Shown one piece after another: positions 29,958 to 40,504 of a stretch of 64,000 nt of DNA. A program made the translations under genes and the position numbers. Numbering within the stretch: position 1 is the first letter of the stretch; the number at the start of each line of letters is the position of its first letter. The notes below the pieces were generated by a model, which worked only from the letters and a program-made list of their open reading frames with translations, was not told the origin of the DNA and searched no databases. The DNA comes from an uncultured Bdellovibrio sp. (GTDB lineage: Bacteria > Bdellovibrionota > Bdellovibrionia > Bdellovibrionales > Bdellovibrionaceae). The stretch spans positions 1 to 64,000 of the forward strand of contig CAWVRN010000001.1 in NCBI GenBank assembly GCA_963932905.1, read 5' to 3'.

Positions 29958-30944
29958 ATGAAGGCTAGTTTTATTTTCACCATATCACTTATATTTTTTC
30001 TAGCATCGTGTGCCCACAACAACGTAAGTGCGGTCAATACGTCCGCACCTAGAAGTTTATCTTCCACTGATCAACGACCACCTCCGGCAGCCAACGACGA
30101 AAGTTCTAGTGGACAAGAAACTACTAGCAGTGGAAGAAAATTAAATATTCCAGAAAATCAGGAAGAGCTAACAGTCCAATGCGAGAAACAAATCGAAGCC
30201 GTGCCCGAGGCATACAAGGCTAGCATTACAAACATACCCTTAAATCACCGCGCGCTAAAAATTTCCTACAATGCGCGACTTCGACTTCCTAACTGGGTTT
30301 ACTATGAACTGTCTCGCCAAAATTTGATGAATAGCTGTGCGAAAAGAAAAGATAAATTTCGGGGAGATCCTTTGCTTGCCGCAGCTCAACTACCCAAAGA
30401 AATGATTATTGATCAAAATGGTTATAAAAATTCCGGGTTTGATCGCGGTCACATGGCACCATCTGGAGACTTCATCTGGGATCAAAGCATTAACGCAGAT
30501 ACATTCTTCATGACAAATATGTCGCCGCAAACGGCCGAACTAAATCAAAAAACTTGGAATGCCCTTGAAGAGCATGTTCGTAACTGGGCCTGCGGCGTTG
30601 GCGAACTTAAAGTTTACACGGGCCCAATTATGGATCCAAACATGAAGCGTTTAAATTCATGCGTCAGTATTCCCAACAAATTCTTTAAAGTTTTAGTAGG
30701 AATGAAAGACAAGAAACTAATCGGTATCGGTTTTGTGTACGATCAAAACGATAAAGCTGGTGATCCGTATCAGAAAAATGCCATGACCATCAGGAAAGTA
30801 GAAGAATTGACTGGTATTAACTTTTTTGCAAATGCGTATGCGCAAAAAGTTCAAGACGAATTTGAAACTCAATTCGACATCAGAGATTGGGAGGCTATAG
30901 AAGAGAATTGCTATGGCTGTGATGGAGTTTTGAAACAGAAATAA
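29958..30944 (+). CDS. DNA/RNA non-specific endonuclease (NucA/EndoG family), lipoprotein
   Basis: Lipobox LASC; SGFDRGHMAP, TFFMTNMSPQ..LNQKTWNALE. Confidence 0.92.
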   Translation: MKASFIFTISLIFFLASCAHNNVSAVNTSAPRSLSSTDQRPPPAANDESSSGQETTSSGRKLNIPENQEELTVQCEKQIEAVPEAYKASITNIPLNHRALKISYNARLRLPNWVYYELSRQNLMNSCAKRKDKFRGDPLLAAAQLPKEMIIDQNGYKNSGFDRGHMAPSGDFIWDQSINADTFFMTNMSPQTAELNQKTWNALEEHVRNWACGVGELKVYTGPIMDPNMKRLNSCVSIPNKFFKVLVGMKDKKLIGIGFVYDQNDKAGDPYQKNAMTIRKVEELTGINFFANAYAQKVQDEFETQFDIRDWEAIEENCYGCDGVLKQK

Positions 30945-30983
30945 TTTGGAAAACAAAGAGGGTCTTTTCAAAAGACCCTTTCT

Positions 30984-32090
30984 TTATGATTTAATTGCTA
31001 GAAATTTTTCTGGAACGCTACCTGACTTAATAGCTTCTGCTAATTCTTTAGAATCTGGATTATTCAAAACTTTTTGTGCCTCTTCAAACGAAATCGGATC
31101 TGGATTTACAATCTTTTCTTTCTTGAAATGCTGAACTTTTTTGATTCGACTCATCAGTTCTTCCTTATTTAAAACTCCTTGAGCGGTCGCGCCAATCAAC
31201 GCCTCGATAGCTTTCACCGGGGACAATGGTTCATTGCAATAAAGAAGAATGTCCGATCCCACTTTGGCTGCTTGAACTGCAATTTCCTCGATAGAGAAAT
31301 ATTTTCGAAGGGCTCCCATATCTAAATCATCAGTCACAACAAGCCCACGGAATCGACAGTGCTCTTTCAAAAGTTTTTGTACAAAAATTTCGGACAAACT
31401 AGCCGGATATTTTGGATCTACATTTTTAAACAAAATATGCGACGTCATACACATATCAACCCGAGCTTTAAAGGCACGTTTAAACGGAAGCATTTCAAAA
31501 CCTTCAAGCCGTTTAAGTTCAGCATCTTCTTTTGGTAAATCTTCATGGGAATCAATCAGTGTATTACCATGACCAGGAAAGTGTTTCACGCACGCAATCA
31601 CATCTGATTTGATATAACCACGTACAATGGCAGACACATGTTTCGCCACGTGTTCAGGATCTGATCCTAGTGATCGATCACCAATCACAGTATTTTTTGG
31701 ATTTGAAAATATATCTGCGCACGGGGCAAAATTTAAATTGATACCAAATGCGCGCAGTTCTTGGCCCATACGTTGACTGAATAAAAACGACAGCGTGGGA
31801 TTATCTAAATCACCTAGTTTACGTAGCGGTGGCCACACGGTAAACGGATCCTTGAAACGTTGCACACGTCCACCTTCCATATCGACTGAAAGGAAAAGTG
31901 GAGTCTTATCTGGCATTTTTAAACGTAAAGAATGAATATCATGACAAAGTTCATGGAACTGTTTTGGATTGTCAAAATTGCGAGTGAATAGAACCACGCC
32001 ACCGATTTGATTGCTTACTATGAATTTTTTTTCATCATCGGACAAGGTCTTGCCTTGTATTCCCATAGTAATCAGAGGACCGTACATCAA
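30984..32090 (-). CDS. nagZ: Beta-N-acetylhexosaminidase (GH3)
   Basis: VDMEGGRVQR, KHFPGHG..IDSH, TDDLDMGA. Confidence 0.92.
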   Translation of the reverse strand: MMYGPLITMGIQGKTLSDDEKKFIVSNQIGGVVLFTRNFDNPKQFHELCHDIHSLRLKMPDKTPLFLSVDMEGGRVQRFKDPFTVWPPLRKLGDLDNPTLSFLFSQRMGQELRAFGINLNFAPCADIFSNPKNTVIGDRSLGSDPEHVAKHVSAIVRGYIKSDVIACVKHFPGHGNTLIDSHEDLPKEDAELKRLEGFEMLPFKRAFKARVDMCMTSHILFKNVDPKYPASLSEIFVQKLLKEHCRFRGLVVTDDLDMGALRKYFSIEEIAVQAAKVGSDILLYCNEPLSPVKAIEALIGATAQGVLNKEELMSRIKKVQHFKKEKIVNPDPISFEEAQKVLNNPDSKELAEAIKSGSVPEKFLAIKS

Positions 32091-32095
32091 AACTC

Positions 32096-33148
32096 CTATT
32101 TCTCTTTCTTCTGCATCGGAATCGGTTTTTCTATTTGCTCTACCGTTGGCGTCGTAGGCTTGTTTTGAATACCTGTGCCTGCAGGAACACCAAACTGTTT
32201 TGAACCCGCCGGTTCTGTCACAGGCTTCAGTGCCTCTTCGTGCAATTTAGCCGATACAATATTTTCAACACCTAACGGAACATCACCAAATAACGTTTTC
32301 AATACAGTCGTTGGGACATTAAAATCACCGGTGGCTTCTGCCGGTTTTGCCACTAACTGGGTTTCTACGCTTTGTGAAGGATTAACAACCCCAATGACGT
32401 GCCCTTTATCCGTAACAAAACTAATGAATTTTTGTCCGTTAAATTGATTTTCAATTTTATAGGACTTAATTCCTTTGTAATCTTCTTCCATGCGAACAAT
32501 AGCTACACCGTCTACTAGCTTTGGCTTTTCTTCAGCGATAGCTTTGTATTCATACTTTGAATCTGTTTGTATCCCGGATTTGCTTTTTAACATTAGATAG
32601 ACCAAAAAATAACTTAGAAAAGTTCCTTTTGGCAGATCATCTATAACCTTGGTTTTTTTACCGTTTTCATTAACTGTGGCTGTCATTTTCAATATTTCAG
32701 TGGGTGCCTTTTCATCTTTCTTCAGTTTTTTCTGAAGCAAGGCTTGTTCTTTTTTAGAAAGCTTTACTGCCTTGAAGGTGGCTTGAATGTTTTTGGTCGT
32801 TGGTTTGTTGTTGTCCATGACCAAAGTCGTGTACTCGTACGATAAAGGCGACAGATTTTGATCGCTTTCGGCTTTGATACTTTCCATCATATCACCTGCA
32901 AGCGCACCAAGCTTTACAAAAATAGTCGCATAGAATTTCTTAGTCGTGCTGTCGAATTCGTATCTAGAAATGGTGTACCCAACGTGCTGCTTTCCGCTTA
33001 ATACTTTATGATACCCTTCAAAAAGCACGTCCCGTCCGGCAAAGCTGGTAGAGACCAGAAAAATGAAGCTGATCGCTAATTTCAAGCTAGCGAGTCTAAG
33101 ATTAAGTGAGCTGTATAGTTTTTGGTTTGTTGTCATATTTTTCTGCAC
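32096..33148 (-). CDS. Exported hypothetical protein
   Basis: 350-aa ORF, hydrophobic leader ending SFA; start uncertain. Confidence 0.75.
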   Translation of the reverse strand: MQKNMTTNQKLYSSLNLRLASLKLAISFIFLVSTSFAGRDVLFEGYHKVLSGKQHVGYTISRYEFDSTTKKFYATIFVKLGALAGDMMESIKAESDQNLSPLSYEYTTLVMDNNKPTTKNIQATFKAVKLSKKEQALLQKKLKKDEKAPTEILKMTATVNENGKKTKVIDDLPKGTFLSYFLVYLMLKSKSGIQTDSKYEYKAIAEEKPKLVDGVAIVRMEEDYKGIKSYKIENQFNGQKFISFVTDKGHVIGVVNPSQSVETQLVAKPAEATGDFNVPTTVLKTLFGDVPLGVENIVSAKLHEEALKPVTEPAGSKQFGVPAGTGIQNKPTTPTVEQIEKPIPMQKKEK

Positions 33149-33230
33149 TTTTCGTTTCGTTTCATTTTCGATTTTGTATATAGATTATGTTCACAGAAGA
33201 GGAAAAACTAATCAAGTAATTGATGAATAG

Positions 33231-35549
33231 TTGAATGATTGCAAAAGCCTCGATACCATAAACAATATGACTCTGATCAAAAGTAACAAAAGTCTGGTTA
33301 CCGGCAACAAAGGCCAAGTCGCTTTGTTCGTTGCGCTCATTTTCCAGGTTCTATTTCTTTTCTTCGCTATGATTGTGAACGTTGGTCTAGTTGTTCATCA
33401 CAAAATCAATCTGCAAAATTCTGTCGATATGGCCGCCTACTATGGAGCCATGAAACAAGCCGAGTTACTGAATTCGATTGGTCACATGAATTATCAAATG
33501 AGGCAGAGCTGGAAATTGTTGGCTTGGCGCTATCGCATGGTGGGTACTGCAGGGGATGAAGATGCTCATCCGTACAATCATTTGGCTGGTGCTTCCATTC
33601 GTTCTAATATGGACTTGGAAACCTCAAACGACACGGCAGCAAATTATTCCCAGCCGCCATTTTGTGTAGCGTACCAACCGTTTAACGACAAAACCAAAAC
33701 AGCAAACCCTCCAGGTGAAAATCTTTGCAAAAAAACGCTAGCGTCAGACATCGGAGCCCGGGTGATTCGACTTTTCAGAGCTCCAGTGACAGTGGCCGGG
33801 TTCTTCGGTTTTGCTGCTCAGACGGCCGCACTCACGCAGAACTTAAGAGCTTCTGCCACGAATCGCTGTTTTAACGTTGGACCATTTAACTACCTAACGA
33901 TGGGTGGGTTTATGTTTGCCTATCAACTGGATCAGTATGCTCGACGTTTAGTGATTGCACGGATTTCAAAATCTATGTCACGTAATAAATCTGACTTTGA
34001 TGATATTGACGGTAAATCGGTGAAAGCAGGCGCCGAGGAAACGTTTAAAAGAAATTTGACCTATGCAAATAAAGAAGGTCGCGACTTAAATTTTGAAATG
34101 TACAACGGTTTAGCCCATCCTGGCTGCGGCTCTGATCCGGGTGACACTCCACTGGAATATCCAGCACCTTGGCTTTCTGAAATTCGGGTTTTTCCGACTA
34201 TTTTCTATTTGGATTTAAATTGTGATGCATCAGCTACAGACAGTTTAAAATATATTCCTAAAAATTTTGAAGTCAAAGATCCAGTTAATCTGCAAACAAA
34301 TGTTCTAAATAACGATTCAATGCCTTGGTCATATATGAATTTCAAGGTCGAAGGCATGAAGGATCAACTTGAATACTTAGCAAAAAATCTTTATTTATAC
34401 GGAGATACCAATCGCTTTATTCTGGGATACGAAAAAAATCCGTGGTGCCAAGCTTATGTTGGCGTCAAAGCATCGACAAAACCTAAAATTCCTTTTGCAC
34501 CAGCAGATCTCACCCTTTCAGCTCATGCGTATGCAAAACCATTCGGCGGAAAAATAGGTCCTTGGTATTACCGTCGATGGGCGCCAACGGACAAAGAATC
34601 CTCTGGTGATAGAAATTCACGGAACGATACGAATTTGCCTTTGCGTATTAACGATGTGGCCACACTTCAAAGCGATCCGAGTCTACAAGCAGACCCGGCT
34701 CGTATTGCCAACTATTCGAAATATATTGGCGATCCATACGGTTTAAGATCGTGGCGCACAATGGGTCAAATGGGCCGTGCAATTTACAATTTAAGCAACG
34801 ATCCTTTGTATCGAAACGTTAACGGAACCTCACCTACGGATCAGAAAATTTTAACGAATGCACCCGTTGCTCCAAAATTCGATGATTGGTATTTTACCTA
34901 TCAACCTATTTTAGCTAATACAGCGAAAGATATTTTAGCCTGGGACGACGATACGTCGAAAGAACCTGGAATGAGATATTTAGAAATCGCTGGGATTGCT
35001 CCGGACCAATACGATCTTGCCTATTACACAATTGATCCTAACTATTTTGCCAACTATTATTCTCGACTGTTACCGGGCCTTATACAGAAACTAAGCATTA
35101 ATCCGAATTATTTTCGGCCCGACCTGGGAGCTAGAATTGGTGCCACAGCTGATTTGGAAAAATTTTCTGTGAAAGACCAAATAAAAGTTGTCGCCGATAT
35201 CAGTCCAACCGTAATTGATTTTCAAACCAAACTTACCTATGCAGTCAAAAATCCAGTTCACTTACTAACTTCATGGAGTAATAAATCGGTATTTGAATAC
35301 GACAAACCAGATAGTGAATATTTTGCTAATTGTTTGGCTCCCCAAATTAGTAAAACTAATTATCAAGATCCCCAAGCGAACACCCAGTTCCTAAACGCCG
35401 GAGAATCATTACCTGGTGAATGTGTGACCGGTGGCCGCACTGGCTATTCAGTAAAAATTATTTCAAAAGACTATTTGTTTTCCCCAATTAAAGCTGGCGG
35501 AGATTTTACCAACGAAGCGGTAATACTGAATCCACCAAGTGATTTTTAG
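33231..35549 (+). CDS. TadG-like (Tad/Flp pseudopilin N-terminus) large protein
   Basis: KGQVALFVALIFQVLFLFFAMIVNVG...LQNSVDMAAYYGA; start may be ATG 33267. Confidence 0.75.
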   Translation: MNDCKSLDTINNMTLIKSNKSLVTGNKGQVALFVALIFQVLFLFFAMIVNVGLVVHHKINLQNSVDMAAYYGAMKQAELLNSIGHMNYQMRQSWKLLAWRYRMVGTAGDEDAHPYNHLAGASIRSNMDLETSNDTAANYSQPPFCVAYQPFNDKTKTANPPGENLCKKTLASDIGARVIRLFRAPVTVAGFFGFAAQTAALTQNLRASATNRCFNVGPFNYLTMGGFMFAYQLDQYARRLVIARISKSMSRNKSDFDDIDGKSVKAGAEETFKRNLTYANKEGRDLNFEMYNGLAHPGCGSDPGDTPLEYPAPWLSEIRVFPTIFYLDLNCDASATDSLKYIPKNFEVKDPVNLQTNVLNNDSMPWSYMNFKVEGMKDQLEYLAKNLYLYGDTNRFILGYEKNPWCQAYVGVKASTKPKIPFAPADLTLSAHAYAKPFGGKIGPWYYRRWAPTDKESSGDRNSRNDTNLPLRINDVATLQSDPSLQADPARIANYSKYIGDPYGLRSWRTMGQMGRAIYNLSNDPLYRNVNGTSPTDQKILTNAPVAPKFDDWYFTYQPILANTAKDILAWDDDTSKEPGMRYLEIAGIAPDQYDLAYYTIDPNYFANYYSRLLPGLIQKLSINPNYFRPDLGARIGATADLEKFSVKDQIKVVADISPTVIDFQTKLTYAVKNPVHLLTSWSNKSVFEYDKPDSEYFANCLAPQISKTNYQDPQANTQFLNAGESLPGECVTGGRTGYSVKIISKDYLFSPIKAGGDFTNEAVILNPPSDF

Positions 35550-35724
35550 TCTCAATTTGGCACAAAGACTTAAATAGCGTTACAGAGTTACTGTTTGAAA
35601 CAAATTCAGTCGTAACAATGAACAACAAACTAGACGCCCTAACTTGCCTCAAATCGAGAATCCCTAGAGAAAAACTTTATTTATCCCTGCCTTAATCCGA
35701 TAATTTAACTATCTGGGGGACAGA

Positions 35725-37437
35725 ATGAAATTGAGGTTCATTTGGTTAGTTTCTTTCACTTCTATAAATTTAATCGGCTTTACTGCGTTTTCAGCTGAAA
35801 CTAGTGAAACTAAACCCGACTATAGTTTCACATGGGGTGACACTGGTTCTGCTCCTGCTGGAAAATCTCCTATTCAAAGTACGCCATCAAACGGTGATTT
35901 ATTGGGTGGATCTAATGTAGAACACACAGCCGTCAACACTTCCAAATACCAAGATAAAGAACTGAGTGATTTTGCATCAACACCTAGCGCCGCTGCCGGA
36001 GCCGTACCTGCAGGAGAGGCCAACGTAAAACTTGATATAGCTAAAAAATTCGCAATCTTAAATAAAGCAAACTGTGAATCGATTACTGGTTCTTCTGCGG
36101 GACCTTCAGCAGCAGCAGCAAGCGCGGCGAACCTTGCAGGTGCTCAGTGCCAAAAATTAAGAACTCTAGTTCAAAGCTGCGATACAGTTTTTACCGGGGC
36201 TATTGGGGTAAGTAATTTGTGCCACACGGAAAAAAATGAATCTATTTCGTCTTCGGTAACAATGATCCAAGGAATTATGGGCGCCGCCAGTGGTCTTGTG
36301 GATTCTTGTAACGACTTCGGTAAGGCGATGAATATAGCACAAAAAGGTATGACTGCCTATACTTTGGCCTGCGGAGCTGCACAAGTTGCGTGTAAAATGA
36401 AATGCGGTGGCGCTAAAGCTTCCGTAGATACATATATGGCTAACTCAAAAATTCTCCTTTCGCAATTAGTTGCAAAATGTTCAGCAGAAGCAGCTGCAAA
36501 CACTATAAACTCTGCTTCTATTACAGCTCACTGCAAAGTTGTGGCAAATACCATAAATAGTTTTGTGGAAACTGCGATTACACAAGACAATTCAGCACCA
36601 TTCGGCGTTCGGGCTAAAGCAGAAATTTGTGTTTTAAATGTACCCGCTTTATTGACGTCCGGTTTTGTTGGGATTGCTTCGTTTGCCCAAGCCGAAGCGA
36701 AATCTAAACAATGTAAAGAAGATGCGGAAGCAAAAAAAGCGGCCGAAATCGCAAAAAATTCGTGTGAAAATGTTGCCAACAAAGATCGTGCGGATTGCGC
36801 TTGTACAATTGCCGCTAACAAAAACCTTTCATACTGTGCGACAGGTTTAGTGGATTGTGGTCTATCAGAGAACGCGGACAAACCTCTGTGTATTTGTAAA
36901 GCTAATCCACGTATGGCTGGCTGCGAAGGTGTCTCTACATCCATTGCAACAAACTCTGCGTTAAACACTAGTAATGGCTCAGGACTGACGACAAGTAAAG
37001 GCACTGGAAACTTATCTACTGCACCGACAGCGGCAGCTGATGCCACTAACCTTTTCCCAAATAAAAAGGGAAATGGCCAAGACGGCATTGGTAGTACAAG
37101 CAGCGCCGGTGGCGCTTCTGGTGCGGGTTTAGATGCTGGTGCATCGGGTGGCGGCGCTACAGATAAAACCAACGCTACGACAGCGGCCACTAAGGATTCT
37201 GCGAATATTCTTGATTCAGGCAGCGGTGGTGGTGGTGGTTACCGAGGTATGGCTGGTTCTTACAGTTTGCCAGAGTACCGCAACAGATTAAAAGCCTTTG
37301 CAAATAAAAATGGTATTGGTGCCAAAGTCGCAGGAAGCAGCTGGAGCGATCAAGTTACAGCCACAGGCGGTAAATCTAATTTTGATAAAGTAAAAACGCG
37401 CCTACAAGAAAATAAATCGACGTTGCTTTCGAAATAA
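35725..37437 (+). CDS. Secreted Cys-rich protein with Gly/Ser-rich tail
   Basis: Signal peptide, many Cys including C-x8-CxC units, low-complexity C-terminal region. Confidence 0.8.
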   Translation: MKLRFIWLVSFTSINLIGFTAFSAETSETKPDYSFTWGDTGSAPAGKSPIQSTPSNGDLLGGSNVEHTAVNTSKYQDKELSDFASTPSAAAGAVPAGEANVKLDIAKKFAILNKANCESITGSSAGPSAAAASAANLAGAQCQKLRTLVQSCDTVFTGAIGVSNLCHTEKNESISSSVTMIQGIMGAASGLVDSCNDFGKAMNIAQKGMTAYTLACGAAQVACKMKCGGAKASVDTYMANSKILLSQLVAKCSAEAAANTINSASITAHCKVVANTINSFVETAITQDNSAPFGVRAKAEICVLNVPALLTSGFVGIASFAQAEAKSKQCKEDAEAKKAAEIAKNSCENVANKDRADCACTIAANKNLSYCATGLVDCGLSENADKPLCICKANPRMAGCEGVSTSIATNSALNTSNGSGLTTSKGTGNLSTAPTAAADATNLFPNKKGNGQDGIGSTSSAGGASGAGLDAGASGGGATDKTNATTAATKDSANILDSGSGGGGGYRGMAGSYSLPEYRNRLKAFANKNGIGAKVAGSSWSDQVTATGGKSNFDKVKTRLQENKSTLLSK

Positions 37438-37451
37438 TAGAGAGGATTAAC

Positions 37452-38450
37452 ATGGGGATAAAGGTGAATACAAAATTATTAATTGTTGTTCCTCTTCTTT
37501 TAGGTGGAACAACATCTTACGCGGCTGACGCGAGAAACAGTGAGACAAAGCCTACTACGGTGTCCTCATCAAGTGCTTCACCAAATATGCAAAATTCGGC
37601 TAACACTTCTGCAAAACAGAACAAATCGTCTTCAGCACTAAGCAGTGTTATAGGCGTCGCAAGTATGGCATACGGCGCTAAAAATGCTGCAGCTTGTGGT
37701 TCCCAATGCTATTCATGTTGTGGTCGAGCAGTTATATTTTTTGCAATGGGTGCAATGTCGTTTAAACAAGCAAGTAATAATGCTAAAGCTGCTTATCAAT
37801 CAGGTCTAACAGGTTTAGATACCTCCGCATGGAATAATCCTTTTGGTGAAACAAACAGCACTACTGGTTCTGATGCCGACAAAGATTTAGCAGCAAATGT
37901 AAATACAGGAAAATTTAATGAAATTAAACGTGCCCTAACAACTTCCGGAATTAATGGGATTAAGCTAGACCCAAAAACAGGAAAAATTACAGACTCAAAC
38001 ACAGGCAAAACCTATGACTCAAACACCTTAGGAACAGCGCAAGGTATGGCCGACGCTGGCTTTTCTCCAAGTGATATCGCATCTGCATTGGATGCAGCAG
38101 GAAAAATTGAAAAAGCAGCAATGAAAAAATTAGGTTTAACCGAAGGCATCGGTGCCGCTACAGCCGCGAACGGCTACATGGACGATGCCGGTTCAGGTGG
38201 TACCACGTCAGGTAATGCAGGCGATGTTACCATGGATTCTTATGGCGGCGGTGGTCGCGGACTTGCCAGCAGCGGCGGCGGAGTAAAAGTTCCGTCCAAT
38301 CAAATTGCTGGTTTAACTAAGAATTTTAATGGCGAACGCATCGGTGTGTCGGCTGAAAATATTTTTAATATGATGGCCCGCAGATACAAAACGAAAGAAA
38401 AACAAAATTCTTTCTTTGATCCATCAGAATTAGTTAAAATGCCGCAGTAG
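37452..38450 (+). CDS. Secreted Gly/Ala-rich hypothetical protein
   Basis: Signal peptide, CGSQCYSCC within a hydrophobic hairpin, GAGG RBS. Confidence 0.8.
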   Translation: MGIKVNTKLLIVVPLLLGGTTSYAADARNSETKPTTVSSSSASPNMQNSANTSAKQNKSSSALSSVIGVASMAYGAKNAAACGSQCYSCCGRAVIFFAMGAMSFKQASNNAKAAYQSGLTGLDTSAWNNPFGETNSTTGSDADKDLAANVNTGKFNEIKRALTTSGINGIKLDPKTGKITDSNTGKTYDSNTLGTAQGMADAGFSPSDIASALDAAGKIEKAAMKKLGLTEGIGAATAANGYMDDAGSGGTTSGNAGDVTMDSYGGGGRGLASSGGGVKVPSNQIAGLTKNFNGERIGVSAENIFNMMARRYKTKEKQNSFFDPSELVKMPQ

Positions 38451-38521
38451 TCACTACTTGAAATTTATTTGTTCTAAACATTAATATGGAGGTCCTATTC
38501 AGAAGCGGAGGACCTTTTTTT

Positions 38522-40504
38522 ATGTCTAAATTGAATTTAGCACTCGTTATCTTGGCAGCTTTAGTATTATCAAACTGCCAATCTAAAAACACCAAAGCGG
38601 GCGACGGCAGAACGAAAGCAGCCTACTCACAATTCGGGATCGAATCTGTTTCTAAAGACGACCTAAAGAAGTATGCACCTAAAGAAATCAGTGCCGCGAT
38701 GAAAAACAAACTATCGCTCTATATGGATATCCAAACCCCATCGGGTGGATTGCTTCACCCGAACGGTAAAGATCTATTTTTCAACTGGCGTATTTCTGGC
38801 TATCAGCAGATTTGGAAAATGACAGGCCCAAATACTTACCCTGTGCAGATGACCGGCGGAAAAGATTTAACAACGTTGATGGATATCGCACCTAACGGAC
38901 AATTCATTATTTTCCATCGCGATATTGATGGACAGGAAAATCCGGGTATCTACATTCAACCTGTCAATGGTGGGCCGCTTACAAAAATATTCCACGAGCC
39001 TAAAGTTCGCGCCGCGTTCCAGTTCATTTCAGATGACTCAAAAGAAATTTACTTCACGTCAAACCACGAAGATCCACAAAGCTTCTTCGTCTATAAAATA
39101 AATATCGAAACAAAGAAAATCGAGCCGATCTCTAAAGAGAAAGGTTACTGGTATATTATGGATCATGAAGGTGATCGTTTGTTATTAGGTTTTGCAAAGA
39201 CATCTTTTGCTAACGACGTCTATGAATTGAACTTGAAAACCAAAGAAAAGAAATGGTTACTGGGTGAAAAATCAGAAGATCCATTTGAAGTCCGCTTTCT
39301 TCGCTCTAGCAATAAATATATCGTTCGCACACTCGACGGTGATTTTGAATCGTTGAAATTGTTAGATGGTGGCAAACTAAAAAATATTATTAGAACAGAA
39401 AAGCATGATATAGAAACATTTCAACTTAGCAACAATCGGGATTTTTTGGCGTACGAACTAAATAAGGACGGCTATACACAGCTTAATATTTTTAAAGTTA
39501 CTTCTGAAGGCGCGTTGTCCGAACTGAATTATAAAAACTCTATGCCAGCTAATTTGAAAAAAGCCGACCACCTGCGTATTCAATTTAATCGCACAAATTC
39601 AAAAGCAATAATCACGTCTTCGTCTAGTCAGGAACCACGCAATTTTTATTCATTAGATATGGTTTCGCGCCAATGGACGCAGTGGACGAAAACGAATTCA
39701 CCTGAAATTCAAACTCATGGTTTTGCCATAGCCAACCTTGAATACTACAAAGCAAAAGATGGCACTTCGATTCCAATGTTTGTTCGTCGTCCCGAACGAT
39801 GCAAAAAAGAATTGTGCCCTGTCATGGTTCAGTTCCATGGTGGACCCGAAGGTCAAAGTTTTGCAGGATTTCACCCGTTAGGACAACTGGCTGTTGAAGA
39901 GGGTTTCATTTTTGTAGAACCTAATGTTCGCGGCAGTTCCGGATACGGCCGCACATGGTTACAGTCAGATAATGGCCCAAAACGTAAAGACGTTGTTACA
40001 GACATCCAAGACGCCGCTATTTGGATCAAAAAGAATTGGGCTGTAAATGGCGTGGCCCCTAAAATTGGAATCTTTGGCGGCAGCTATGGTGGCTATTCAA
40101 CGCTGATGGGAATGACCTACTTTGCCGGCTCGTACGATGCCGGTGTGTCCATCGTTGGGATATCAAATTTAGTATCTTTTCTTCAAAACACAGCACCCTA
40201 TCGCCGTCACATACGCGAAACTGAATATGGATTTCTAAACAAAGATATGGCCAGCCTAATTGAACTTTCGCCAATCAATCACATCAATAACATTCAAGCA
40301 CCGTTATTGATTATTCAAGGCGCTAACGATCCACGTGTTCCTGTGGGTGAAGCTGTTCAAATTCAGAAAGCTTTAGAAAATTCCAGGAAAAATTCGGAGC
40401 TAGTGATTTTCCCCGACGAGGGCCACGGATCTGCAAAGAAGGAAAATAAAATTCTTGAATGGGGTTACACGCTAGATTTCTTTAAAAAACATCTTGGTCG
40501 TTAA
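38522..40504 (+). CDS. S9 family prolyl oligopeptidase/acylaminoacyl peptidase, probable lipoprotein
   Basis: HGGPE, PNVRGSSGYG, GGSYGG, QGANDPRV, DEGHG. Confidence 0.92.
   Translation: MSKLNLALVILAALVLSNCQSKNTKAGDGRTKAAYSQFGIESVSKDDLKKYAPKEISAAMKNKLSLYMDIQTPSGGLLHPNGKDLFFNWRISGYQQIWKMTGPNTYPVQMTGGKDLTTLMDIAPNGQFIIFHRDIDGQENPGIYIQPVNGGPLTKIFHEPKVRAAFQFISDDSKEIYFTSNHEDPQSFFVYKINIETKKIEPISKEKGYWYIMDHEGDRLLLGFAKTSFANDVYELNLKTKEKKWLLGEKSEDPFEVRFLRSSNKYIVRTLDGDFESLKLLDGGKLKNIIRTEKHDIETFQLSNNRDFLAYELNKDGYTQLNIFKVTSEGALSELNYKNSMPANLKKADHLRIQFNRTNSKAIITSSSSQEPRNFYSLDMVSRQWTQWTKTNSPEIQTHGFAIANLEYYKAKDGTSIPMFVRRPERCKKELCPVMVQFHGGPEGQSFAGFHPLGQLAVEEGFIFVEPNVRGSSGYGRTWLQSDNGPKRKDVVTDIQDAAIWIKKNWAVNGVAPKIGIFGGSYGGYSTLMGMTYFAGSYDAGVSIVGISNLVSFLQNTAPYRRHIRETEYGFLNKDMASLIELSPINHINNIQAPLLIIQGANDPRVPVGEAVQIQKALENSRKNSELVIFPDEGHGSAKKENKILEWGYTLDFFKKHLGR

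Noticed and set aside
40482..40504. 23-bp overlap of convergent peptidase and nucleotidyltransferase genes
   Set aside because: Short convergent overlaps are common; no sign of special function.
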